A stretch of DNA of 64,000 nucleotides, taken from Myxococcota bacterium (lineage in GTDB: Bacteria; Myxococcota_A; UBA9160; UBA4427). The position numbers and the translations under genes are program-made. Below, piece after piece: positions 37,962 through 46,137 of this stretch (positions are counted from its first letter, which is position 1; every line of letters begins with the position of its first letter). Where the stretch lies: positions 129,052-193,051 of the forward strand of contig JBGCEJ010000023.1 of assembly GCA_045106235.1 (NCBI GenBank), written 5' to 3'. The notes beneath the pieces are model-generated. The model saw only the letters and a list, made by a program, of their open reading frames with translations. It made no database searches and was not told where the DNA came from.

Positions 37962-38939
37962 ATGTCTTCTCATTCGAGTCCCGAATCCGAGCGTCCGCCG
38001 GTCGTCGTTGTCACCGGTCCCACGGGATCGGGCAAGAGCGCTTTGGCCATCGAACTGGCCGAGCGCTTTAACGGCGAGATCGTGAACGCGGATTCGATGC
38101 AGGTGTTTCGGTACATGGATATCGGGACAGCGAAGCCGACTCCCGACGAGCGTCTTCGGGTGCCGCATCACCTCTTCGACGTGGCGGACCCGAACGAGCC
38201 GTACAGCGCCGGCCGCTACGAGAAGGATGCGCGTGCCGCGGCCGCGATGATCCATGGGCGAGGGCGCGTCGTCTTTCTCGTGGGCGGTACAGGGTTGTAT
38301 ATCCGCGCCTTCCTGGATGGTTTGATTGAAACGGGTGTTGCGAATCCCGGCATCCGGAAGCGGCTCGAGGATGAACACGCTGCGGCCGTGAAAGCGGGGG
38401 ACCCGACGAAGCTGCATCGCCAGCTTGCCGCTTTCGACGCGCAGGCGGCGGCGAAGATTCACCCGAACGATCTGCGCCGCACGATCCGCGCGCTTGAGAT
38501 TCTTGAGCAGAAGGGCGAGCGCGCCTCGGATGTCCGCGAGGCCCATGGTTTCAAGGACAGTCCATTTCGGGTGCTGCATCTCTGCATTGATCCAGGACGA
38601 GAGGTTCTGAACGAAAGGATCGGGCAGCGCGCTGAGGAGATGGTCGAGGCCGGGCTGCTTCGCGAAGTGCGCGATCTGCGAGAGCGCGGTTACGCGGCGG
38701 ATCTGCGACCGATGCAGGCGATCGGGTATCGCCATATGCAGCCTGTCGTAGACGGCGCCGACACCCTCGTGAACGCAACCGAAGCGATCAAGACCGACAC
38801 CCGGCGTTTCGCTCGGCGTCAGCGTACTTGGGTTCGGCCTCTGCCGGACGTGCATTGGCATGATCCCTCGGAGTCGGAGGTGATTTTTGAGCGCGTCGGC
38901 GCGTTTCTCTCCGAAACTGAAAAGTCGGAAAGCGTATGA
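37962..38939 (+). CDS. miaA: tRNA dimethylallyltransferase MiaA
   Basis: VVVVTGPTGSGKSALAIELA..GEIVNADSMQVFRYMDIGTAKP and ALEILEQKG. Start taken at the ATG at 37962. Confidence 0.9.
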   Translation: MSSHSSPESERPPVVVVTGPTGSGKSALAIELAERFNGEIVNADSMQVFRYMDIGTAKPTPDERLRVPHHLFDVADPNEPYSAGRYEKDARAAAAMIHGRGRVVFLVGGTGLYIRAFLDGLIETGVANPGIRKRLEDEHAAAVKAGDPTKLHRQLAAFDAQAAAKIHPNDLRRTIRALEILEQKGERASDVREAHGFKDSPFRVLHLCIDPGREVLNERIGQRAEEMVEAGLLREVRDLRERGYAADLRPMQAIGYRHMQPVVDGADTLVNATEAIKTDTRRFARRQRTWVRPLPDVHWHDPSESEVIFERVGAFLSETEKSESV

Positions 38940-40471
38940 GAGCCCGTCCGCGCATTCCTGTCGTGGCCTTGGTGGGCCGACCTAACGTCGGTAAATCGAC
39001 GCTTTTTAACCGCTACGCCGGATACCGCCGTGCGCTTGTGGCGGATCAGCCGGGGCTGACCCGGGACCGCATTGCGGAACGCATTGATCTGGAAGGGCGC
39101 ACCATCTGGCTTGTGGATACTGCGGGGCTGGATCCTGTTCGCGGGGAAAGCCTGGACGCCGCGGTGCAGGCCCAAGCGCGGTCAGCGGTGGATAACGCCG
39201 ATGTCATCCTTTTCGTGGTGGACGGCAAGCTGGGCCTTGTACCCGAAGATGAAGTGATCGCGACGACGCTGCGGCGGTCGGGGAAGCCCTTGGGGCTGCT
39301 TGTGAACAAGGTGGATCAGCCCGGACATCACGCCGACCGCGTGAATGATTTCTATCGCCTCGGGATCGAAAATACTTTCCCGGTTTCCGCTGAGCATGGC
39401 GGCGGGGCGTTCGCCGCGCTGGAGCACGTGTTGAATTCGCTTCCCGTTTGGGCGGACCAGGGGGCGGAGCAGGCCGCCGGCGAGGATGCATCGTCAGCGA
39501 GCGTCGCCGCGCTCGAAGCCGCCGCGGCTTCCGCAGATGATCTAGATTCGCCTGCGGGCGATGAGGCCGATTCGGCGAGCGCCGACGCCGATTCGTCTAG
39601 CGACGATGCCGATTCGTCTAGCGCCGACGATGTGCTCGAAGAGGACGAAACGCCGGTCCGGATCGCGATTGTGGGGCGGCCTAACGTCGGGAAGAGCTCG
39701 ATCACGAATCGGCTCGCTCGCGAGGACCGCATGGTGGTCTCGGATGAGCCCGGAACGACCCGCGATGCGGTCGATATCGAGATACGGCATCAAGGGCAGG
39801 ACTACACACTCGTCGACACTGCGGGGCTTCGGAAAGTCGGCCGGCGTCAGGGGCCGGGTGAGCATGGTGGGGCGCTGATGACTTTGCGTTCGCTCGAGCG
39901 CGCGGAACTCGCGCTCCTGGTCGTGGATGCAGCGGACGGGATTGCGGACCAGGATGCCCGGGTTGCTTCGTTGATGCGTGAGCAGGGATGTGCGGCGCTG
40001 GTGCTCGCGAATAAATGGGACCTGGTGGATCCGGACGACCGCGAGGATCGGCTGGAGGACATCCGGCATGGCCTTCGCTTTATGGCCGACGTGCCGATTG
40101 TGCCGGTCTCGGCGATGACGGGAGCAGGCCTGAAGACGCTGTTCAAGAAGCTCCGAAAAGTTGCGGACGCTTCGCAGATGCGGATTCCGACCGCAGACCT
40201 GAATCGCTGGTTGAAGGATGTCGCGGACAAACATCCGCCTTCGATGGCGCATAAGGGCCCGATCCGCCGGATGAACAAGCTCTTTTACGCTTCGCAGGTC
40301 GCGGTGCGACCGCCGACGATCATTGTGTTCTGTACAGACCCCAAGGCGATCCAGACCTCGTATATCCGCTTTTTGGAGAACCAGCTTCGCGCCAGCTTTG
40401 GTTTTGACGGCACGCCCGTGAACGTGCGATTGCGCGCCCGGAGTGGACGGCGGGGCGAAGAGCTGGAGTAG
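38936..40471 (+). CDS. der: Ribosome-biogenesis GTPase Der (EngA) with an acidic inter-domain insertion
   Basis: Two GTPase domains (VALVGRPNVGKSTLFN; IAIVGRPNVGKSSITN) and a KH-like C-terminus. It overlaps the miaA stop by 4 nt. Confidence 0.9.
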   Translation: MRARPRIPVVALVGRPNVGKSTLFNRYAGYRRALVADQPGLTRDRIAERIDLEGRTIWLVDTAGLDPVRGESLDAAVQAQARSAVDNADVILFVVDGKLGLVPEDEVIATTLRRSGKPLGLLVNKVDQPGHHADRVNDFYRLGIENTFPVSAEHGGGAFAALEHVLNSLPVWADQGAEQAAGEDASSASVAALEAAAASADDLDSPAGDEADSASADADSSSDDADSSSADDVLEEDETPVRIAIVGRPNVGKSSITNRLAREDRMVVSDEPGTTRDAVDIEIRHQGQDYTLVDTAGLRKVGRRQGPGEHGGALMTLRSLERAELALLVVDAADGIADQDARVASLMREQGCAALVLANKWDLVDPDDREDRLEDIRHGLRFMADVPIVPVSAMTGAGLKTLFKKLRKVADASQMRIPTADLNRWLKDVADKHPPSMAHKGPIRRMNKLFYASQVAVRPPTIIVFCTDPKAIQTSYIRFLENQLRASFGFDGTPVNVRLRARSGRRGEELE

Positions 40472-40628
40472 GCGGGGCGTTGTCTTGGCCGGCCGTCGGT
40501 CTTCGCTCAGCGCTCAGGGGGTTGCGCGGTGTGGCGGACCGGGGACTCGAAGTCGAGACCACCTCGGATACACTCCGCGATGTCGAAGATTAATTTCCAC
40601 ATTTTCACCGAACTGAGAGGGATGATTC

Positions 40629-41360
40629 GTGGCGAGTAAAGATCCGAATACCGCAGCCGAGACCTTGGCTGAGATCGAAGCAACGGGAGACCGCGTTGCG
40701 GAGTGGGCGTCGGAAAACGCCGCGCTGATTTTGGGCACGATTGCGGCGGTTCTCGTCCTGGCGGCGGGCATCGGGCTCTATGTTCAGCACGGCACCGAAG
40801 CCCGGGACGATGCGGCGAACGCGTTGGCGTTGGCAACGAGTCAGTATCGCCAGGCCATGGGCGCGAATCCGGGTGGAGGCCCGATCCCTGAGCCGGCGAA
40901 TCTCGAGGTCGCGGAAAACACGCGCGCCGAGTACGTCGCGCGCTTCACAGAACTGGGCGAGGCCCACGCAGGTACCTCGGCGGGCGCGCTGGCTTGGCTG
41001 GAGGCGGGCAACCTGCAATTCGAGCTGGGACGTCTTGAGGACGCCGCTACGAGCTTCGGGGCCGCACGGGACGCGGCGGGCCGGACAGCGATCTCGGCCT
41101 TGGCTTCGGTGCGCCTCGCGGCGCTCGCGGAGGATCAGGGTAAGCCCGAGGACGCCGCGGGTGCGTTTGAGTCGGCCGCGAATATCGGGGCGTATCCATT
41201 GCGAGCGAATGCGCTTGCGGATGCCGCGCGCTGTTGGGTCGAGGCGGGTGATGATGACCGGGCGCTGGCCGCCTTTCAGCGCCTCGAGAATGAGTTCCCG
41301 GACCATTTGGTGCCGCCGTATGTGGAATCGCTGATCGGCGAGATCAGGGCCCGCTCATAG
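40629..41360 (+). CDS. YfgM-like TPR membrane-anchored protein
   Basis: A single N-terminal TM (AALILGTIAAVLVLAAGIGLYV) is followed by TPR-like A/L-rich repeats. Proximity to der recalls the proteobacterial yfgM-bamB-der neighbourhood. GTG start. Confidence 0.55.
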   Translation: MASKDPNTAAETLAEIEATGDRVAEWASENAALILGTIAAVLVLAAGIGLYVQHGTEARDDAANALALATSQYRQAMGANPGGGPIPEPANLEVAENTRAEYVARFTELGEAHAGTSAGALAWLEAGNLQFELGRLEDAATSFGAARDAAGRTAISALASVRLAALAEDQGKPEDAAGAFESAANIGAYPLRANALADAARCWVEAGDDDRALAAFQRLENEFPDHLVPPYVESLIGEIRARS

Positions 41361-41411
41361 GCTCTCGGGCGGTCCGTGACCGCGGGAGCAGTCGCTCTCA
41401 GCGGACGTCTC

Positions 41412-41449
41412 AAAAGGCTCCCCAGGCATACCGCCAGGGGAGCCTTTTT
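41412..41449 (+). terminator. Rho-independent terminator after the yfgM-like gene
   Basis: The sequence is AAAAGGCTCCCCaggcataccgccaGGGGAGCCTTTTT. It has an 8-bp GC stem, an A-tract before it and a T5 run after it. Confidence 0.7.
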
Positions 41450-42066
41450 CGTTCCAGTGGGAGCGGAAAACGCGCCTTGAATGCGGCTCAGTGGGGCGCT
41501 GTTGGGAAGCCGGGTAAGCCGTCAAAAGAGCTCCCAGAAGGCTCGAAATCAAGGGGGTTTGAGCGGTCCTGATCGGCTCGAAGAGGGTTTTGGGAAGCTC
41601 TGGAATTGCCTGGTGGCGGCCCGTGAATGGCCCGTGATTGGCCACGGAAACGGTTCGGGAAAGGCTCGGAAAAGGCGGCCGAAACGGGTCTCAATTCAGG
41701 CCCAAAACGAGGCCTGAAAAGCGCGCGTGAAGACGCGTTTTTGCGTGGCCAATTTGTGATTCGCGCGAAATGAGTGGACGCAAATGCGCCTCGAATTAAG
41801 CGGCCAAATGCGATGAAAAACGGGCCGCAGCACGTGGGTTTTTGAGTCGAAATGAGGGGCTTGGGAAGCCGGATCATTCTACGCATGCGGGCGTTGTTGA
41901 ATCAAAACCGTCAACTCATCGGTTCGGTCATGTTGCATCCGGTCGTATATACCGAGGCATCCATAAGCGCAGTGTGGCGGGCATTGAATCAACGCGTACA
42001 TGGCGCAGGGCCCTCGAAAACGCCCATTTTGGCGAACATTCGAACCGCCCTGAAATGCCATAAATC

Positions 42067-42094
42067 ACCACTGATAAGATATATTATGTAAATT
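42067..42094 (+). other. dif: Candidate dif site (XerC/XerD chromosome dimer resolution site)
   Basis: The 28-mer is ACCACTGATAA-GATATA-TTATGTAAATT. The right arm matches E. coli TTATGTTAAAT at 9/11 and B. subtilis TTATGTAAACT at 10/11, both as recalled. Inner ATAA/TTAT symmetry flanks a 6-nt AT spacer. It lies in an AT-rich patch between convergent gene blocks. Confidence 0.5.
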
Positions 42095-42427
42095 AGACGA
42101 TTTTTGACGATGCGATTGTAGGCGTGCTTTGGAGGTGCTTGGGTGGAGGCCTTTCGGGGGTCAGAATGGGCTCTCGGCGAACTGGGGCCCTCTAGAGCGC
42201 GCTTTTGGCCCTGATGAGGCCCCGAATCTTGCTGAGTTATGGACCGAAAACGTCAACGCACTGCTGTTGGGAAAAGCTTTTAAAACCAGTGAGATACACG
42301 TGTTTTGAGTGCGCGTATTTTGCGAATTTCGGATGCGTTTTGGGCGTCGTTTTGAATGATACTTCGACCGGTTTTGGATGCCGTCGATCGCGTATTCGTA
42401 TGGCTTGTTCCGGTCCTTTTTGACGCC

Positions 42428-43348
42428 TTACCGACCGCCATGCCATGTGCTCGAGACGGTGCCGACATCCAGGAAATTGAAGCTCGTATCGTCGAGTTCG
42501 TAAGCGCCGTAAGACCACGCTGAAGCCCATTGCGGAATCCCTTGTCCTTCCAGCGCGCTTTGCGCGGAAAGCACTCTGACATCACGGCCCGACCGCGCGA
42601 TGAAAAACTCGTTTTCCCGGGTTCCTTGAATGACGAGGAAGCGTTCTGCGGGCGTCGGCCCGAGCCCGCAAAGGATGCCGAGATCGATCACGGGAACCAT
42701 TCTTTTTTGCCACACAGCCACGCCCTCGACCCACGGTGGTGAGATGGGTAACGGCGTGACGGAGACGGCGTCGCGCACTTCCGGCACTTGCTGGAGGCTC
42801 AGCCCCAAACGTTCAGCCTCTGGCGTCGGGCCGCCGACCGGAAACAGGACGACTCGTGCTCCATCGCTGATCTTTCCGCTGTTTTCAATTGAGGCGACGG
42901 TCCGCGGTTTGATCTCAAACGCATCCTCGGCTTTGAGCGTTATTTCGCTCGAGATCTCGCCGTCGATATCCAGGCTCCATACGAGCTTGCCGTCCGTTCG
43001 GATGGCTCCGTTCATACTTTCGAGTCCGAAGCTACGAAGTGTTTCGGGGATGGCGAGCTGCTCGCTGGCGACTGCATTGGTGGCTGCATGAACGATCAGT
43101 GCACGTGGCCCTTGTTTCGATTGGACCAAGACGATGAGCGAGTCATCTCGATTGCTGTCCTCGGGCGCGAATAACACTCGGAGATCCGTTGCCGGGATCC
43201 GGTTTTGCTGATGTCGAATCGAAAGCTGAGGATGCCGCTCTGGGTTGACGCCCGGCAGTTTTCCGGAGCCCGTGATATTCGCTGATGGCACGGCGAAACG
43301 GTGTCGTCCGCAGATCAGTAGCTGTGATTCTTGATGTTTGAGCGTCAT
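42428..43348 (-). CDS. Protein with two CheW-like domains
   Basis: The second half is clearly CheW-like (RVVLFPVGG..LSLQQVPEVRDAVSVTPLPISPPWVEGVAVWQKRMVPVIDLG). The first half is more weakly CheW-like. The ATG overlaps the cheA stop (TGATG). Confidence 0.65.
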   Translation of the reverse strand: MTLKHQESQLLICGRHRFAVPSANITGSGKLPGVNPERHPQLSIRHQQNRIPATDLRVLFAPEDSNRDDSLIVLVQSKQGPRALIVHAATNAVASEQLAIPETLRSFGLESMNGAIRTDGKLVWSLDIDGEISSEITLKAEDAFEIKPRTVASIENSGKISDGARVVLFPVGGPTPEAERLGLSLQQVPEVRDAVSVTPLPISPPWVEGVAVWQKRMVPVIDLGILCGLGPTPAERFLVIQGTRENEFFIARSGRDVRVLSAQSALEGQGIPQWASAWSYGAYELDDTSFNFLDVGTVSSTWHGGR

Positions 43349-46113
43349 CAGCGTCCGCCTAAGATTTCATCGATACTCGAAAGAAGCGTTCGCCCATCGT
43401 AGGGTTTGGTGAGGTACGCGGAGGCGCCGAGCTGGCTGGCTCGATCGCGATGTCGCTTGCCGGATCGTGAGGTCTGGAAGATCACCGGAATCTCGCGGTA
43501 GCGATCAGATGATCGCAAGAGCCCCATCAATTCGAATCCGTCCATTCGCGGCATCTCGATGTCAAGAATGATCAGATCGGGAACGCGGTCGAGGGTTTCG
43601 AGAACTTCGAGCGCATCTTGGCCGTTGACGGCGCTTCCGACATCAAATCCCGCGGCGCTGAGCTGAGAGCCAACCACGCGTCGGATGGACAGCGAGTCGT
43701 CGACAAGCAATACGGTTGTCCGAAGCTGTTGGGCATTGTCTAAGATCGCAGTGGCGGACAATGCACTCATGGCAGACCCCTGGCCAAAGCTATCCGGATC
43801 AAGAATAAGGACGACGTTGCCCTCGCCGGTAATGGTTCCGCCCAGGAAGCCGGGAATGCCTCGGGTATGGCTGCCGAAGTCCTTGATTGCGATTTCCTGT
43901 GCCGATTCGACGGACTCCACAACAAGCGCGGTATGGCCTTCCGGGGACCGAATGACCAGGATTGAAACGAGCGCCTGATCGTCGAACGTGGGCTGGTTTC
44001 CGCCGAGTGCCGTGTTGAGCCAGCTGGCCTCGATGGCCTGCCTGTCGAATACATAGCCCTCTTTAACCGCAGCTCGTGCGTCGGCTACGTCCATGCGGAC
44101 GACGCGCTCGACTGCGGCGAGAGGCAGCATGTAAGTCGAACCGTCTGCTTGGACCGCGAGCGCTCGCATCATTGCAAGCGACATCGGGATTCGGAAGCTC
44201 AGTGTGGATCCGGATCCAATCGTTGATTCCAGGCGGACGGAGCCACCCAATTTTTCGGTTTGGGATTGGACAACGTCCATACCCACGCCGCGCCCGGAGA
44301 TCTCGCTGATTTCTCCGGCAGTGGAGAACCCGGGGACGAATACGAGGTTGATGGCCTGGGCATCGGAGAGTTCAGCTGCGGTAGACGCTTCGATCAAGCC
44401 CTTCTCGACTGCGAGTTGGCGAATACGGTCGGGATTGATTCCCTGTCCGTCATCGCGAACACGAATCACGACCTGTGTCCCTTCATGGCTCGCAGTGACT
44501 TGGACGAGGCCGCGTTCGGGTTTACCGACGGATTGTCGTTCGAGCGGAGTTTCGAGGCCGTGGTCGACCGCGTTTCGCAGTGCATGCATGAGCGGGTCGA
44601 TTAGCCCGTCCAACACGGTCTTATCGACTTCGATGAGGCCACCATGGAGTCTGAATGCGACCTGTCTATCGACGATTTGAGCGGTCTGTCGGGTCGTGCG
44701 CTCAAGGCGTGCGGCGATGGTTTCGAACGGCACCATTTGCAAGCGCGTCAATCCGTCATGGATATCTGAGGAGACGCGTCTCTGCCGATTCAATGTCTGG
44801 TCGAAATCTGAGAGAAGCTGATTAAGGCTCGTGTGCACCGCCGAGATATCATCCGTGCGTTCCTGAATTGAACGGGACAGCGAATGAAACTCCGTGTACT
44901 GATCCATTTCGAGCTCATCGAAGCCTTCGGTCTCCGAAGGACTCTGACTCCCGCTGCCAAGTGTGGCGAGCTCGAATTCTGTGTCGAGTCGGCTGGCGAC
45001 GCCTCGTAGCTGTCGAACGCTGGGAGCCAGCTCTTCAATTTCCCGGGAGAGCAGCTGCATTCGACGTTCGAACGCGGTGCGATTGACCGCGAGTTCCGTG
45101 ACGAGATTGACGAGATCCGCCAATCGGTCGCCCCTCACACGGACGTAGGCGCCCTTCGAGGTGTCATTTGTTGCGATTGGGGGATTTTGCTTTGGGGCAG
45201 CAGGCAGCGATTCTGTGGCCGCCTCTTCATTCTCCTCGCCTGTGCTGCGGACTTCTTGCGACGAAGTCGACTCGGACGCATTGACGATGCGCCCTTCTAG
45301 GATTGCATCGACGCGTCGTTCGAGCGCGGGCGATAGTGATTGGGCCTTTCCTTCGGCACACGCTTCAAGTTGATCGAAGATCGAGTAGAGAACGTCGACG
45401 GCTTCTTGCGAAAAGTCGCAGGTCTTTTCGTAGAGGCCGTCAAGGAGGTCTTCCATTCGATGCGCGATATTCTGTACATCTTTGAGGCCCACCATGCCCG
45501 CGGAGCCTTTGACTGTATGGGCGCTTCGGCGGATCTCTTGCAAGAGCGGCCGTTCTTCGGGCGACTCCGACCAGCGCGGCAATAAGGCGCCGATTGTCTG
45601 AAGGTGCTCTTCGGCTTCAAGCGCGAAAATTTCTCGAAGTTCGGCAAACTCTTCGCTTGTAGCTGAAGCCCTAGGCTCATTTTCGGTTTCTGCCGGCTGC
45701 GCGGCGTCTTCACCTGGGCCGGCTGATCGTTGTTTGCCCGAAAGGCTGGCCTTGATTCGTTCCGAAACGCCGGCGAGGCGGGGATCCCATGCGGCCGGGT
45801 CTTTGATCCAGGCTTCAAGCGCCTCGATCCCTTCAAGGAGCACCCTTGCCTGTTCCGGCGTAGGCGGCGTCTGCAGCTCACTTCGTTCTTCGATGAACTC
45901 TTCGATCACAGTGGAGAGAACCTGGACGGAATCAAGGCCGACCATCGCCGATGCACCCTTGAGGTTATGCATCAGTTGATGAATGCCGCGCAGGCTCTCA
46001 GCGGGATAATCGCGTCGCTGGCATCCTTCGAGCGCAGCCCTTACGTCGGGCAAATAGCCCGAGGCTTCCCCTATAAAGGCCTGCACCAGATTTTCGTCGC
46101 GCTGAATGCTCAT
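43348..46113 (-). CDS. cheA: Hybrid CheA histidine kinase: two Hpt domains, dimerisation, HATPase, CheW-like P5 and a C-terminal receiver
   Basis: Hpt1 is HQLMHNLKGASAMVGL and Hpt2 is SAHTVKGSAGMVGL. HATPase motifs are NAVDHGLE, DDGQGI and GRGVGMDVV. The P5 domain is followed by a REC domain (LLVDDS..ILDIEMPRMDG..YLTKP). Confidence 0.9.
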   Translation of the reverse strand: MSIQRDENLVQAFIGEASGYLPDVRAALEGCQRRDYPAESLRGIHQLMHNLKGASAMVGLDSVQVLSTVIEEFIEERSELQTPPTPEQARVLLEGIEALEAWIKDPAAWDPRLAGVSERIKASLSGKQRSAGPGEDAAQPAETENEPRASATSEEFAELREIFALEAEEHLQTIGALLPRWSESPEERPLLQEIRRSAHTVKGSAGMVGLKDVQNIAHRMEDLLDGLYEKTCDFSQEAVDVLYSIFDQLEACAEGKAQSLSPALERRVDAILEGRIVNASESTSSQEVRSTGEENEEAATESLPAAPKQNPPIATNDTSKGAYVRVRGDRLADLVNLVTELAVNRTAFERRMQLLSREIEELAPSVRQLRGVASRLDTEFELATLGSGSQSPSETEGFDELEMDQYTEFHSLSRSIQERTDDISAVHTSLNQLLSDFDQTLNRQRRVSSDIHDGLTRLQMVPFETIAARLERTTRQTAQIVDRQVAFRLHGGLIEVDKTVLDGLIDPLMHALRNAVDHGLETPLERQSVGKPERGLVQVTASHEGTQVVIRVRDDGQGINPDRIRQLAVEKGLIEASTAAELSDAQAINLVFVPGFSTAGEISEISGRGVGMDVVQSQTEKLGGSVRLESTIGSGSTLSFRIPMSLAMMRALAVQADGSTYMLPLAAVERVVRMDVADARAAVKEGYVFDRQAIEASWLNTALGGNQPTFDDQALVSILVIRSPEGHTALVVESVESAQEIAIKDFGSHTRGIPGFLGGTITGEGNVVLILDPDSFGQGSAMSALSATAILDNAQQLRTTVLLVDDSLSIRRVVGSQLSAAGFDVGSAVNGQDALEVLETLDRVPDLIILDIEMPRMDGFELMGLLRSSDRYREIPVIFQTSRSGKRHRDRASQLGASAYLTKPYDGRTLLSSIDEILGGR

Positions 46114-46137
46114 CGAGTGGATTCGATTCCGTTCCGG

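Noticed and set aside
42055-42115. AT-rich patch interpreted as a replication origin (DUE plus DnaA boxes or iterons)
   Set aside because: No good TTATCCACA-type DnaA boxes are present (best matches 5/9). The flanking operons converge on the site rather than diverge from it, and no dnaA/dnaN or rep gene is nearby. A dif/terminus reading fits better.
41361-42427. Possibility that the spacer hides a tRNA, tmRNA or RNase P RNA
   Set aside because: I found no GGTTCGAATCC-type T-loop, no tmRNA tag-reading frame or CCA-proximal acceptor, and no GAGGAAAGTCC RNase P core. Other sRNAs cannot be excluded by eye.
41355-42585. Short ORFs in the long spacer (for example 41488-41886 minus strand at 132 aa, 41852-42091 plus strand at 79 aa, 42237-42530 minus strand at 97 aa)
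   Set aside because: They overlap one another in different frames, have no RBS or start context, have odd composition, and show no recognisable motifs. I treated the interval as non-coding.
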